Assembly: GCF_004010195.1 (NCBI RefSeq)
Contig: NC_057750.1
Span: forward strand, 8,824,684-8,888,683
Direction of reading: 5' to 3'
Source: Chiloscyllium plagiosum
Lineage: Eukaryota
DNA: 64,000 bases
Shown: in pieces, positions 10,940 to 23,284 of the stretch
How the letters are laid out: every line of letters starts with the position of its first letter
Numbering within the stretch: the stretch's first letter is position 1
Program-made: the position numbers and the translations under genes
Notes under the pieces: model-generated
The model's database searches: none
What the model was told of the DNA's origin: nothing
The model's input: the letters and a program-made list of their open reading frames with translations, nothing else

Positions 10940-13432
10940 AGCATGACACTCCCTTAGTACTGACCCTCTGACAGTGCGGTGCTCCCCCTGCGCTGACCCC
11001 CACGATAGTGCGGCAATCCCTCAGTGCTGACCCTCTGACAGTGCGGCGCTCCCCCAGTGCTGACCCCACCTGACAGTGCAGCACTCCCTCAGCACTGATC
11101 CTCTGACAGTGTGACACTCCCTTAGCGCTGACTCCCTGACAGTGCAGCACTCCCTCAGCGCTGATTCGTCGTCAGTGTGGCACCCCCACAGCGCTGACTC
11201 CCCGACAGTACGGCACTCCCTCAGCGCTGATTCCCCGACAGTGCGGCAGTCCCTCAGCACTGACTCCCTGTCAGTACGGCACTCCCTCAGCACTGACTCC
11301 CCGACAGTACGGCACTCCCTCAGCGCTGACTCCCCGACAGTACGGCACTACCTCAGCACTGACTCCCCGACAGTACGGCACTCCCTCAGCACTGACTCCC
11401 CGACAGTACGGCACTCCCTCAGCGCTGACTCCCCGTCAGTACGGCACTCCCTCAGCACTGACTCCCTGTCAGTAGGGCACTCCCTCAGCACTGACTCCCT
11501 GTCAATAGGGCACTCCCTCAGCACTGACTCCCTGTCAGTACGGCACTCCCTCAGCACTGACTCCCNNNNNNNNNNNNNNNNNNNNNNNNNNNNNNNNNNN
11601 NNNNNNNNNNNNNNNNNNNNNNNNNNNNNNNNNNNNNNNNNNNNNNNNNNNNNNNNNNNNNNNNNTCCCCGACAAGCGGCACTCCCTCAGCACTGACTCT
11701 CCGACAGTACGGCACTCCCTCAGCACTGACTCCCCGACAGTACGGCACTCCCTCAACACTGACTCCCCGTCCGTGCGGTAGCTCCCTCAGCACTGACTCC
11801 CCGACAGTACGGCANNNNNNNNNNNNNNNNNNNNNNNNNNNNNNNNNNNNNNNNNNNNNNNNNNNNNNNNNNNNNNNNNNNNNNNNNNNNNNNNNNNNNN
11901 NNNNNNNNNNNNNNNNNNNNNNNNNNNNNNNNNNNNNNNNNNNNNNNNNNNNNNNNNNNNNNNNNNNNNNNNNNNNNNNNNNNNNNNNNNNNNNNNNNNN
12001 NNNNNNNNNNNNNNNNNNNNNNNNNNNNNNNNNNNNNNNNNNNNNNNNNNNNNNNNNNNNNNNNNNNNNNNNNNNNNNNNNNNNNNNNNNNNNNNNNNNN
12101 NNNNNNNNNNNNNNNNNNNNNNNNNNNNNNNNNNNNNNNNNNNNNNNNNNNNNNNNNNNNNNNNNNNNNNNNNNNNNNNNNNNNNNNNNNNNNNNNNNNN
12201 NNNNNNNNNNNNNNNNNNNNNNNNNNNNNNNNNNNNNNNNNNNNNNNNNNNNNNNNNNNNNNNNNNNNNNNNNNNNNNNNNNNNNNNNNNNNNNNNNNNN
12301 NNNNNNNNNNNNNNCTGACAGTGCAGCGCTCCCTCAGTGCTGACCCGACAGTGCGGTGCTCCCTCAGTGCTGACCCCTGACAGTGTGACACTCCCTCAGT
12401 GCTGACCACTGACAATGTGACACTCCCTCAGTGCTGACCCGACAGTGCGGTGCTCCCTCAGTGCTGACCCCTGACAGTGCGGGGCTCCCTCAGTGCTGAC
12501 CCCTAACAGTCCAGCACTCCCTCAGTGCTGACCCCTGACAGTGCGGCGCTCCCTCAGTGCTGACCCCTGACAGTGCAGCGCTCCCTCAGTGCTGACCCAT
12601 GACAGTGTGACACTCCCTCAGTGCTGACCCCCTGACAGTGCGGCGCTCCCTTAGTGCTGATCCCTAACAGTCCAGCACTCCCTCAGTGCTGACCCCTAAC
12701 AGGGCGGTGCTCCCTCAGTGCTGACCCCTGACAGTGTGACACTCTCTCAGTGCTGACCCCTGACAGTGTGATACTTCCTCAGTGCTGACCCCTGACAGTG
12801 CGGCGCTCCCTCAGTGCTGACCCCTGACAGTGCGGTGCTCCCTCAGTGCTGACCCCTGACAGTGTGACACTCTCTCAGTGCTGACCCCTGACAGTGTGAC
12901 ACTCCCTCAGTGCTGACCCCTGACAGTGTGGCACTCTCTCAGTGCTGACCCCTGACAGTGTGACACTCCCTCAGTGCTGACCCCTGACAGTGCGGCGCTC
13001 CCTCAGTGCTGACCCCTGACAGTGTGACACTCCCTCAGTGCTGACCCCTGACAGTGCGGCGCTCTCTCAGTGCTGACCCCTGACAGTGCAGTGCTCCCTC
13101 AGTGCTGACCCATGACAGTGTGACATTCCCTCAGTGCTGACCCCTGACAGTGCGGCGCTCTCTCAGTGCTGACCCCTGACAGTGTGACACTCCCTCAGTG
13201 CTGACCCCTGACAGTGCGGCGCTCTCTCAGTGCTGACCCCTGACAGTACGGCGCTCTCTCAGTGCTGACCCCTGACAGAGCGATGCTCTCTCAATGCTGA
13301 CCCCCCGACAGTGCGGCACTCCCTCACTGCTGACCCCCCGACTGTGTGGCATTCCCCAAGTGCTGACCTCCTGATAGTGCAGCACCATCTCAGTACTGAC
13401 CCCGTGACAGTATGGCACTCCCTAAGTACTGT
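10940..13432 (+). repeat. GC-rich 32/33-bp minisatellite array (two internal gaps)
   Basis: Left units CCGACAGTACGGCACTCCCTCAGCACTGACTCC (33 bp); right units CTGACAGTGCGGCGCTCCCTCAGTGCTGACCC (32 bp). Confidence 0.95.
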
Positions 13433-13999
13433 ATTAGGAGTGACAGCTTTGCAAGCTCTCTGGAGTGGGTCTTGAACACTCTAACTCTGAGGCAAATAGA
13501 ATTGGAGTAGATATCGCTTCAGCTGGTCATGAAAGTTTCTCCAGGGTCCCCAGCAGGAAGGGCTACTGCTCCTGATTACAGCCTAGCCATCCGAGCCTGA
13601 GTCTGCTTCTTATTTCAGAACACAGTGACAGAGTTCTGACCTCACAGGAGTTCAAAATGTACGTGATGAGGCTGCCCCAGCCTGCGAGCAAAGAACAAAC
13701 TGTTCTGTTCGTTTCAAACTAACAAAGAAATGTCCTCGAGGGAAATAACATTGTGTAGATTTAAGAAAAATGGCTTGCTTTCGTCCTCCCTCCCACCCCA
13801 ATTAAATTCCGGCATGGAATTGAAATTCACCTTAATTTGGTGCTTTATTCAGCTCTGTCTGTCAGTCATGCCTCAGTGGGTCGCACTCTCGCCCCTGATG
13901 GTCATGGGATCGACCCTCCGCCTCAGAGATACAGGCAGAAACAGCCACTCCTTCACCGAGGGAGTGCTGCACAGTTGGAGGGGCTGCCTTTCAGGTCAG

Positions 14000-15155
14000 A
14001 TAGAGTCACAGTCATACAGCATGGAAACAGACCCTTCGGCCCAACCTGACCAAGTTTCCAAAGCTTGTCTTGGTTGACTGCATTTGGCCCATATCCCTCC
14101 TGTCCATGTACCTGTCCAAATTTCTTTTAAATATCATAACTGTAAGTGCCTCTACCAATTCCTCTGTTCCATACACGCACCACCCTCTGCGTGAAAATGT
14201 TGCCCGTGTCAAAACGTGTGGTGCTGGAAAAGCACAGCCGGTCAGGCAGTATCCGAGGAGCTGGGACGTCAATGTTTCAAGCATAAGCTCTTCATCAGGA
14301 ATGTGAAGAGCTGATTCCTGATGAAGAGCTTATACTCGAAACGTCGATTCTCCTGCTCCTCAGATGCTGCCTGACCTGCTGTGCTTTTCCAGCACCACAC
14401 TTTTTGACTTGGATCTCCAGCATCTGCAGTCCTCACTTTCTCCGAGATGAGAAAGGTTGCCCTCAGGTCCCTTTTAAACCATTTCCCTCTCACCTTAAAC
14501 CTATGCCCTCTAGTTCTGGACTCCCCCACCCTGGGAAAAAGACCTTGACTATTCACCCTGTCCAAGCCCCTTTATAAACCTCCGTAAGATCACCCCTCAG
14601 CCTCTGACGCTCCAAGGGAAAACAGCCCCACCTTATGCAGCCTTTCATAGAGTCAAAGAGATATCCAGCATGGAAACAGATCCTTTGGTCCAATCTGTCC
14701 ATGCCAACCAGAATTGCACGCAATATTTCAATAGTGGCCTAACCAGTGTCCTGTACAGCCACAACATGACCTCCCAACTCCTGTACTCAATACTCTGACC
14801 AATAAAGGAAAGCATACCAAACACCTTCACTATCCTATCTACCTGCGACTCCACTTTCAAGGAGCTATGAACCTGCACTCCAAGGTCTCTTTGTTCAACA
14901 ACACTCTCTAGGACCTTACCATTAATTGTATATGTCCTGCTAAGATTTGCTTTCCCAAAATGTAGCACCTTGCATTTATCTGAATTAAACTCCATCTGCC
15001 ACTTCTCAGCCCATTGGCCCATCTGGTCAAGATCCTGTTGTAATCTGAGGTAACCTTCTTCGCTGTCCACTACACCTCCAACTTTAGTGTCATCTGCAAA
15101 CTTACTAACTGTACCTCTTATGCTCGCATCCAAATCATTTATGTAAATGGCGAAA
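14000..15155 (-). mobile_element. CR1/HER1 LINE fragments (two adjacent pieces)
   Basis: SKFADDTKVGG...LVRPLLKYCVQFW (ORF 14645..15133) and a 3' end at 14000-14640. Confidence 0.9.
14207..14443. mobile_element. Palindromic Penelope-derived element with two back-to-back hammerhead-like cores
   Basis: Plus core CTGATGA-A-GAG-CTTATA-CTC-GAAA-CGTC from 14318; decayed minus-strand core ending at ~14298; inserted in CR1. Confidence 0.75.
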
Positions 15156-15469
15156 AGACTCAGATCTTCCAGATGTTAAACTGAGGGCTTGTCCTCCTCT
15201 GAGGTAGACGTGGCATTTTGGAGTGAAGAAGGGACATTTCTTCTCAGCTGACACAGCTAATATTTATTCTTCAAACAATATCTCTGGGGAAATAAAGGCA
15301 GGCTATCTGATCATTGTTACTTGATTACTGTGTACACCTTGGTCACCAACATTATCTACAGTGACTGCATTTCAAAGGTACTAAACACTCCAACATTTAG
15401 ATATCAACGTTTTTTAAGGATATTGGAATAACGCAGGAAAATGGCTTTGAGGTACAAGATCAGCTTTGA

Positions 15470-16780
15470 TTTTGTTTTATTCACTTGGTGGATGTGGATG
15501 GAACTGCTGGGCCCAGCATTTCTCGCCCGTCCCTAGTTGCCCCCGAGAAGGTGGTGGCCCCCCTTCCCGAAATGCTGCAGTTTGTGTAGCATAGCAACAC
15601 CCACAATGCTGCTGGGGAGGGAATTCCAGGGTTTTGACCCAGAGACTGAAGGAATGGCGATAGGTTTCTGAGTCAGGATGGTGAGTAGAGGGGAACTTGC
15701 AAAGGGGGTGGTGTTCCCATGTATCTGCTGCCCTTGTCCTTCTAGATGGAAGTGGTCATGGGTTTGGAAGGTGCTGCCTGAGGATCTTTAGTGAGTTTCT
15801 TAAAGATGGTACACGTTGCTGCTACCGAGCACGCGAATATTTGTGGACGTGGTGCCAATTAAGCAGTCAGCTTTGCCCATCACCACAAGGTCTGTGCGGT
15901 GGTCACTCATACTGATACTCGCACGGACAGATGCATCTGCGGCTGGCAGATTGGTGAAGATGAGATCAAGTATGTTTGTCCCTGTCACAGACCCAGTCTA
16001 GCAGTGATGTCCTTTAGGACCCGACCAGCTCGATCAGTAATGCTGCTGCTGAGCTCTGCACCCTTGCCACCCTCCTGCCTCCTCAACATGTCTTCCAACA
16101 TGGAGGAGCTCGAATTCATCAAATGAGGAGCAGGTCCATGCCATTTCACCAGGAGGTTTCCTTGTCCATGTTTAACCTGAAGCCATGAAACACCATGGGG
16201 TCTGGAGTCAATATTGAGCACTCCCACCGCAACTCCCCTCTGACTGTATCCCACTGTGCTGCCACCTCTGCTGGGTCTGTCCTACCAATGGGCCAGGACA
16301 TATCTAGGGATGGTGTCTGGAACATAGTCATACTCACCACATCATACCAAAGAGACTATGTCAGGCTGTTGCTTGTCTAGTCTGGGTGAGACAGCTCTCC
16401 CAATCTTTACACTAGCCCCCAGTGAGGAGGATTTTGCCGGGTGGACAGGGCTGTTTCTGCCGTTGTCTTTTCTGGTGCCTAGGTTGGAGATGAGTAGTCT
16501 GTCCGGTTTCATTTCTTTTTCACTTTGTAGCGATTGGTACAACTGAGTGGCTTGCTCAGCCATTTCAGAGGGCAGTTCAGAGTCACTCACATTGCTGTGG
16601 GTTTGGAGTCACATATTAGATTAGATTAGGTTAGATTACTTTCAGTGGATTCTCAAGTTCAGATTTTTGTATTCAAGTAAGAGCAGCTGCCATGGTGGGA
16701 TTCAAATCGGGGTCCCCAGAACTTTAGCTAAGTTTCTGGAGTAACAGTGCAGCAATAATACCACTAGGCCCAAATGCCTC
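15470..16780 (-). mobile_element. tRNA-headed non-LTR retrotransposon, internally deleted (APE endonuclease remnant)
   Basis: HGVSWLQVKHGQGNLL, TDRAGRVLKDITARLGL and NILDLIFTNLP...SDHRT (ORFs 15985..16254 and 15800..15988). The 5' end contains a B-box-like TTTGAATCCCACC on minus. Confidence 0.75.
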
Positions 16781-16884
16781 CCTTTAGTTGAGGAGACCAC
16801 AACTGCACACAATACTCCAGATGTGGTCTCACTGAGGCCCTCTACAGTTGCAACAAGACATCCCTGCTCCTGTCAAGAAACCCA

Positions 16885-17015
16885 ACAAAAAACTGCGGAT
16901 GCTGGAAGTCAGAAACAAACCACCAGAAATTGCTGGAAAAGCTCAGCAGGTCTGGCAGCACCTGTGGAGATAAATCAGAGTTAACGTTTCGGGTCCGGTG
17001 ACCCTTCCTCAGAAC
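16885..17015 (-). mobile_element. Second Penelope-type repeat family with intact hammerhead-like core
   Basis: Minus strand GTT-CTGAGGA-A-GGGTC-ACCG-GACCC-GAAA-CGTT-AAC. The duplicate at ~17865-17990 has CCGAGGA. Confidence 0.7.
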
Positions 17016-18399
17016 GGGCTCTTCCATTCGCGTCATCCCTGCTCCTGTACCCGAATCATTTGAGGTCTTCCTGGGGGTGTAGGGGCTGGAGGGGGTTACA
17101 GAGNNNNNNNNNNNNNNNNNNNNNNNNNNNNNNNNNNNNNNNNNNNNNNNNNNNNNNNNNNNNNNNNNNNNNNNNNNNNNNNNNNNNNNNNNNNNNNNNN
17201 NNTTTTTCACTTTGTAGCGATTGGTACAACTGAGTGGCTTGCTCAGCCATTTCAGAGGGCAGTTCAGAGTCACTCACATTGCTGTGGGTTTGGAGTCACA
17301 TATTAGATTAGATTAGATTAGATTACTTACAGTGTGGAAACAGGCCCTTCGGCCCAACAAGTCCACACCGACCCGCAACCCACCAAGACCCATTCCCCTA
17401 CATTTACCCCTTCACCTAACACTAGGGGCATTTTAGCCTGGCCAGTTCACCTAACCTGCACACTTTTGGATTGTGGGAGGAAACCGGAGCACCCGGAGGA
17501 AACCCACGCAGACACGGGGAGAATGTTATAGGCCAGACCAAGTAGGAAGGGCAGATTTCCTTCCCGAAAGGACAATAGCGATTTTTCTTCTGACAATTGG
17601 CAATGGTTTCACAGTCATCAGTGGATTCTCAAGTTCAGATTTTTGTATTCAAATAAGAGCAGCTGCCATGGTGGGATTCAAATCGGGGTCCCCAGAACTT
17701 TAGCTAAGTTTCTGGAGTAACAGTGCAGCAATAATACCACTAGGCCCAAATGCCTCCCCTTAGTTGAGGAGACCACAACTGCACACAATACTCCAGATGT
17801 GGTCTCACTGAGGCCCTCTATAGTTTCAACAAGACATCCCTGCTCCTGTCAAGAAACCCAACAAAAAACTGCAGATGCTGGAAGTCAGAAACAAACCACC
17901 AGAAATTGCTGGAAAAGCTCAGCAGGTCTGGCAGCACCTGTGGAGATAAATCAGAGTTAACGTTTCGGGTCCGGTGACCCTTCCTCGGAACGGGCTCTTC
18001 CATTCGCGTCATCCCTGCTCCTGTACCCGAATCATTTGAGGTCTTCCTGGGGGGGGGGGGGGGGGGGGGGGGGTTGAAAGGGGAGAAAGTAGAACCAGTA
18101 AATCAATGGGAAAAGGGGCAGGATCTCTCAACGAGCTATCACAGATAATGGGACCAATGGCCTTCTCTGTGCGGTAACCTTTCGGATTGCTGCTGAGTTG
18201 TTCAATACCACACAAGGTGGCACATCTCCCTTTAACACAACATAATTTTATTAAAACAAAACATCCAAGATGATAACCTCAAAATTAATCACATTATGCC
18301 TCATGTATCGCTGGACATCGCAGTGCCTGGGAAAATTAAAAAACAGGTGAACTTCATGACTGATCATGGAGGAACCTGTTGGGAGTGGTCACAGCACCG

Positions 18400-20800
18400 A
18401 AGCAGATAAGTGGATTTTAAGTGCAGCTTTAAAATAAGTCTGCAATAGTGAGTAGAGTGGGTTCTTTCCTTATTATATGTTTTATTGAGTTATGTCTCTT
18501 GATTAAACTTAAAATATAAGCCATAAGTATTAATTTAACCTGGAGCAGTGTTTTGTAGAGGAATAAGATAGTGCTATTTTCTGGATCTGTAGATTGAAAG
18601 AAGCAAAAATGGCCCTTAGTAGAGTGATATGCTCTTCTTGTAGGATGTGGGAGTTTAGGGAGAGTTTACGGGTTACTGAGGATTATATCTACAATAAATG
18701 CCATTGTTTGCGAATCCTATCAGATTGAATGGATCAGTTGGAGAGGCAGTTAGAGGCAATGAGGAATTTACAAGAGCAACAGTATGTGATGGATGGCAGT
18801 TATAGAAAGGGGGAAAGTCTCAGACATAGTCACATAGATGGGTTAACTCCAGGAAAGGTAAGAGGGATAGGCAGCTAGTGCAGGAGTCTCCTGTGGCTAT
18901 CCCCATTTCAAAGAAGTATGCTGTTTTGGAAAATGTTGGGGGGTGATAGACACTCAGGAGTACGTAACGCCAAAAGCCAAGTTTCTGGTATTGAGACGGG
19001 CTCTAATGCAACGAGGGGTACGTCGGGTTCCAAGTGTTCAATTGTGTTAGGGGACTCTCTATCCCGAGGTACAGATAGACGTTTCTGTGGCCAGCAGCGA
19101 AAAATCAGAATGGTATGTTGTTTCCCTGGTGCCAGGATCAAGAATGTCTCAGAGAGGGTGCAGAATATTCTCACGGGGGAGAGGGGCCAGAAAGAGGTCA
19201 TTGTCCACATTGGAACCAACGACATAGAAAGGTAAAAGGTTGAGATTCTGAGGGGAGATTATAGAGGGTTAGGCAGAAATTTAAAAAGGAGGTCTTCGAG
19301 AGTAGTAATATCTGGATTACTCCCAGTGCTATGAGTTAGTGAGGGCAGGAATAGGAGGATAGAGCAGATGAATGTATGGCTGAGGAGCTGGTGNNNNNNN
19401 NNNNNNNNNNNNNNNNNNNNNNNNNNNNNNNNNNNNNNNNNNNNNNNNNNNNNNNNNNNNNNNNNNNNNNNNNNNNNNNNNNNNNNNNNNNNNNNNNNNN
19501 NNNNNNNNNNNNNNNNNNNNNNNNNNNNNNNNNNNNNNNNNNNNNNNNNNNNNNNNNNNNNNNNNNNNNNNNNNNNNNNNNNNNNNNNNNNNNNNNNNNN
19601 NNNNNNNNNNNNNNNNNNNNNNNNNNNNNNNNNNNNNNNNNNNNNNNNNNNNNNNNNNNNNNNNNNNNNNNNNNNNNNNNNNNNNNNNNNNNNNNNNNNN
19701 NNNNNNNNNNNNNNNNNNNNNNNNNNNNNNNNNNNNNNNNNNNNNNNNNNNNNNNNNNNNNNNNNNNNNNNNNNNNACTGGCAGCTTAATGTTCCAGGAT
19801 ACAAATGCTACAGGAAGGATAGAAAGGGAGGCAGGAGAGGAGGGGGAGTGGCGTTTTTGATAAGCTGTGCTGAGGGAGGATATTCCCGGAAATACATCCA
19901 GGGAAGTTATTTGGGTGGAACTGAGAAATAAGAAAGGGATGATCACCTTATTGGGATTGTATTATAGACCCCCTAATAGTCAGAGGGAAACTGAGAAACA
20001 AACTTATAAGGAGATCTCAGTTATCTTGCCAAAAAGGTAAGTTGAAACGCAGATTCTTACATGCAGGAGGGAACAACCTCCGAGGAGATTTCAGAAAGAA
20101 AAGTCAGTCAGGAATCATTCCTTGGAAGTAGAGTTGCAGGTAGATAATAAAGTGAAGAAGGCATTTGGTATGCTTTCCTTTATTGGTCAGAGTATTGCAT
20201 ACAGGAGTTGGGAGGTCATGTTGCAGTGTACAGGACATAGGTTAGGTCACGTTTGGAATATTGTGTGCAGTTCTGGTCTCCTTCCTAGTGGAAGGACGTT
20301 TTAGATTAGATTCCCCACAGTGTGAAACTTGAAAGGGTTCAGAAAAGATTTATATGGATGTTGCCAGTGTTGGAGGATTTGAGTGATAGGGAGAGGCTGA
20401 ATAGGCTGGGTCTGTTTTCCCTGGAACATCGAAAGCTGAGGAGTGACCTTATAGAGGTTTATAAAGTCATGAGGGACATAGATAGAATAAATAGACAAGG
20501 TCTTTTCCCTGGGCTGGGTTTAGGATGAGAGGGGGAAGATTTAAAAGAAACCTAAGGGGCAACATTTTCACACAGAGGGTGGTACGTGTATGGAATGAGC
20601 TGCCAGAGGAAGTGGTGGAGGCTGGTACAATTGCAACATTCAAAAGGCACCTGGATGGGTATATGAATAGGAAGGGTTTGGAGGGATATACGCCAAGTTC
20701 TGGCAAATGGGGCTAGATTGGGTTGGGATATCTGGTCGGCATGGACGAGTTGGACCGAAGGGTCTGTTTCCACGGATGCTGTACATCTCTATGACTCTCT
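18400..20800 (+). mobile_element. CR1-clade LINE with ORF1 (SGNH esterase-like) and deleted ORF2
   Basis: IVLGDSLSRGTDRRFCG...VCCFPGARI...VIVHIGTNDI (ORF1); LNVPGYKCYRKDRKGGRRGGGVA and LYYRPP (APE); RT C-terminus and tail at 20120-20800. Contains stops and a gap. Confidence 0.9.
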
Positions 20801-21049
20801 ATGATGCTTGTAAGTTTCACCCACCAAGCGTTTTAATTACAAAAGTACTATCTGTCATGCATCTCAGTTTCCATTGGATATATGGCATTTTATTGCCCTC
20901 TGTAGGAAATGTATGACATTACAGCTGGTACACAATCAAGTCAGAAATCTGCAAGGTTAATACTCATGTAGCGTTACCAGTGCTCAAAATTCGCCCACAG
21001 CAAAAGACCAGTAACCCGTCAAACCTACCTTGTACCCCAGGAAGGCTGG

Positions 21050-21410
21050 GCCATTGTGATTTTAATTTCTATCCCCTGTTGCCCTTGAAGAGACTTTGTA
21101 GCAATTGCTACAACTGAATAGCATGTTAGGCCTTTTCAGAGGGCGATTGAGGGTCAACCCCATTGCTATGGGTCTGGACTCACTTGCAGGTCAGACCAGA
21201 TGAGGACAGCAGATTTCCTTCCCTGAAGATAGAGGTGATCCAGATGGGTTTTTCCAACAATTGACAATGGATTAATGATCATCAGTCGATTCTTAATTCC
21301 AGATATTTTTTATTGAATTCAAATGCCGTGGTGGGATTCGAACCTAGAACCCCAGAACATCAGTTTCTGGATTAAAACTCTAGCAACAATACCACTAGGC
21401 CATCACCTCT
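21050..21410 (-). mobile_element. Short SINE-like form of the tRNA-headed element
   Basis: Head domain (gggattcgaacc; ataccactaggccatc) with no ORF body. Confidence 0.6.
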
Positions 21411-21920
21411 TCTAAATTCAGCCCTTCATATAGATCTCAGCCACATAGGGCAAGCTCCACAAGGAATTGAGGGCAAGAGGGCTCGGATGTATGGATAGGG
21501 TGAGATGGAACAGGATAGAAGGCTGGTGTGGAGTATTAACGTTGGCAAGGATGAGTTGGGCCGAATGGCCTGCTTCCATGCTGTAGATGTGTGTGCAACC
21601 TCCTGGAAAGTTGCACGCAGAGGAGAAATTTAGAAAAAAGAAAATTTCCAGGAAAATTCCACTGAGGGGGATTCAAACCAGGAGATGAAATCACTCCAAG
21701 AGGCCAAGGGTTACTCACTCGGATGGCTGTATTACCCACCGTCACATCATTACATACAACTCCAAACCCAGAACCTCTATCTTCTCTACGGACAACAGCA
21801 GCAGATACATGGGAACACCATCCCCTCCAAGTTCCCTTCGAGCACCTCACCACCCTGACACCCTTCACTGTCACTGGGTCAAAATTCTGGAAACACTCCC
21901 TAATAGCATGGGGGTCGGGG

Positions 21921-21958
<38 letters not shown>

Positions 21959-22247
21959 CCCTACACCAAGTGTACTGCAGCAGTTCAAGAAGGGAGCTCA
22001 AAACTAACTTCTCAAGGGGCGATTAGGGATGGGCGATAAATTCTGGCCCAGACACCACATCCCTTGATTGAATTAAAATAAAGAAGCACTAATCATTCAG
22101 TCCCTTGAATAGCTCTCTTAAATCAAGTTATCAGCTGTTACTAAGTTAACCCCCATCACTATTCCAAACTGCCATTCCTTCACTTGTCCTGCAGGCAGCC
22201 TTGGGACAAGATGTAGCAACCATCCGCAATGAGTGGCCACTCCTTGT

Positions 22248-22578
22248 TTTTTTTTTAACAGGATGTTTGACACTTTTATTTTTCCAATTTTCCCCCACAC
22301 TACCGCCTGACAGCAGTAGTGCTTATTTTTCCCCAGAAGCCATGTCATGTGTGTACAGGTGTTGGACACAGTGAAAGACAACACGTGTGTAAATCTTTAT
22401 TTATATTCCACCAACAGGAAGAGAGGAAACACCCGAGTGGCCAGTGACAAACAGTGCTCTTCACATCAAAGGGCAATGCTGCGTGATCAAACGGTGAAGG
22501 GGAGGGCAAGGATTAAATCAAAATAGAGTTGGAGAGGGGAATAATACACTCCACTCCGTGCAGTCCCCACCTCTCTCT
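22248..22578 (-). mobile_element. Poly(A)-tailed non-LTR 3' end, same family as 1490-1800
   Basis: High similarity to 1490-1770; flanked by ggccactccttgt and ggccattcctcgt (degenerate TSD). Confidence 0.7.
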
Positions 22579-22761
22579 GGCCATTCCTCGTATTTGAGCA
22601 GAGTGCCAACAAGCTAATTGACCAGGCATGCCTTGCTGCTGAGTCTATTTGCATTGGGCACAGGGCTATGTCCCAGTGCAGCTTATCAGTGACAGAGGGG
22701 AGAAATTCAGGGAGGATTAGATCAAATGAGGTGATTTCCAAAACCAAAATTAGCAACCATT

Positions 22762-23085
22762 GATTAGATTAGATTCTCTACAGTATGGAAACAGGCCCTT
22801 CGGCCCAACAAATCCACACCAACCCTCTGAAGAGCAACCACCCAGACCCATTCCCCTAACCTATATTTATCCTGACTAATGTTCCTATCACTACGGGCAA
22901 TTTAGCACGGCCAGTTCACTTGAATTGCACATCTTTGGGAGGAAACCGGAACACCTGGAGGAAACCCACACAGACAGGGAAAATGTGTAAACTCCACACA
23001 GAGACAATCACCCAAGGCAGGAATCGAACCCAGGTCCCTGGCACTATGAGGCAGCAGTGCTAACCACTGAGCCACCGTGCCACCT
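22762..23085 (-). mobile_element. HE1-type V-SINE
   Basis: Full head-to-tail match with a (TAGAT)n tail. Confidence 0.85.
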
Positions 23086-23284
23086 CCAAGGAGACAGTAA
23101 GAAATACAAAATGACAGAATGAAAATGCAACATTTGTTATCCCCCCTAACTCTACTTTCTCTCCATGTATGCAGCCAGATCTGCTGAGTTTTCCCAGCGG
23201 TTTCTGTGTTTGTTTCGGATTCCCAGCATCCATAGTTTTTTTTTCTTGTATACTACCCAAGTGTAATTGGTCAAATAGGTCGGA

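Noticed and set aside
10935..13418. Repetitive ORFs (VRHSLSTDSPT / LRECRTVGESV)
   Set aside because: They are translations of the 33-bp minisatellite. It is not a CRISPR array either: there are no unique spacers and the context is eukaryotic.
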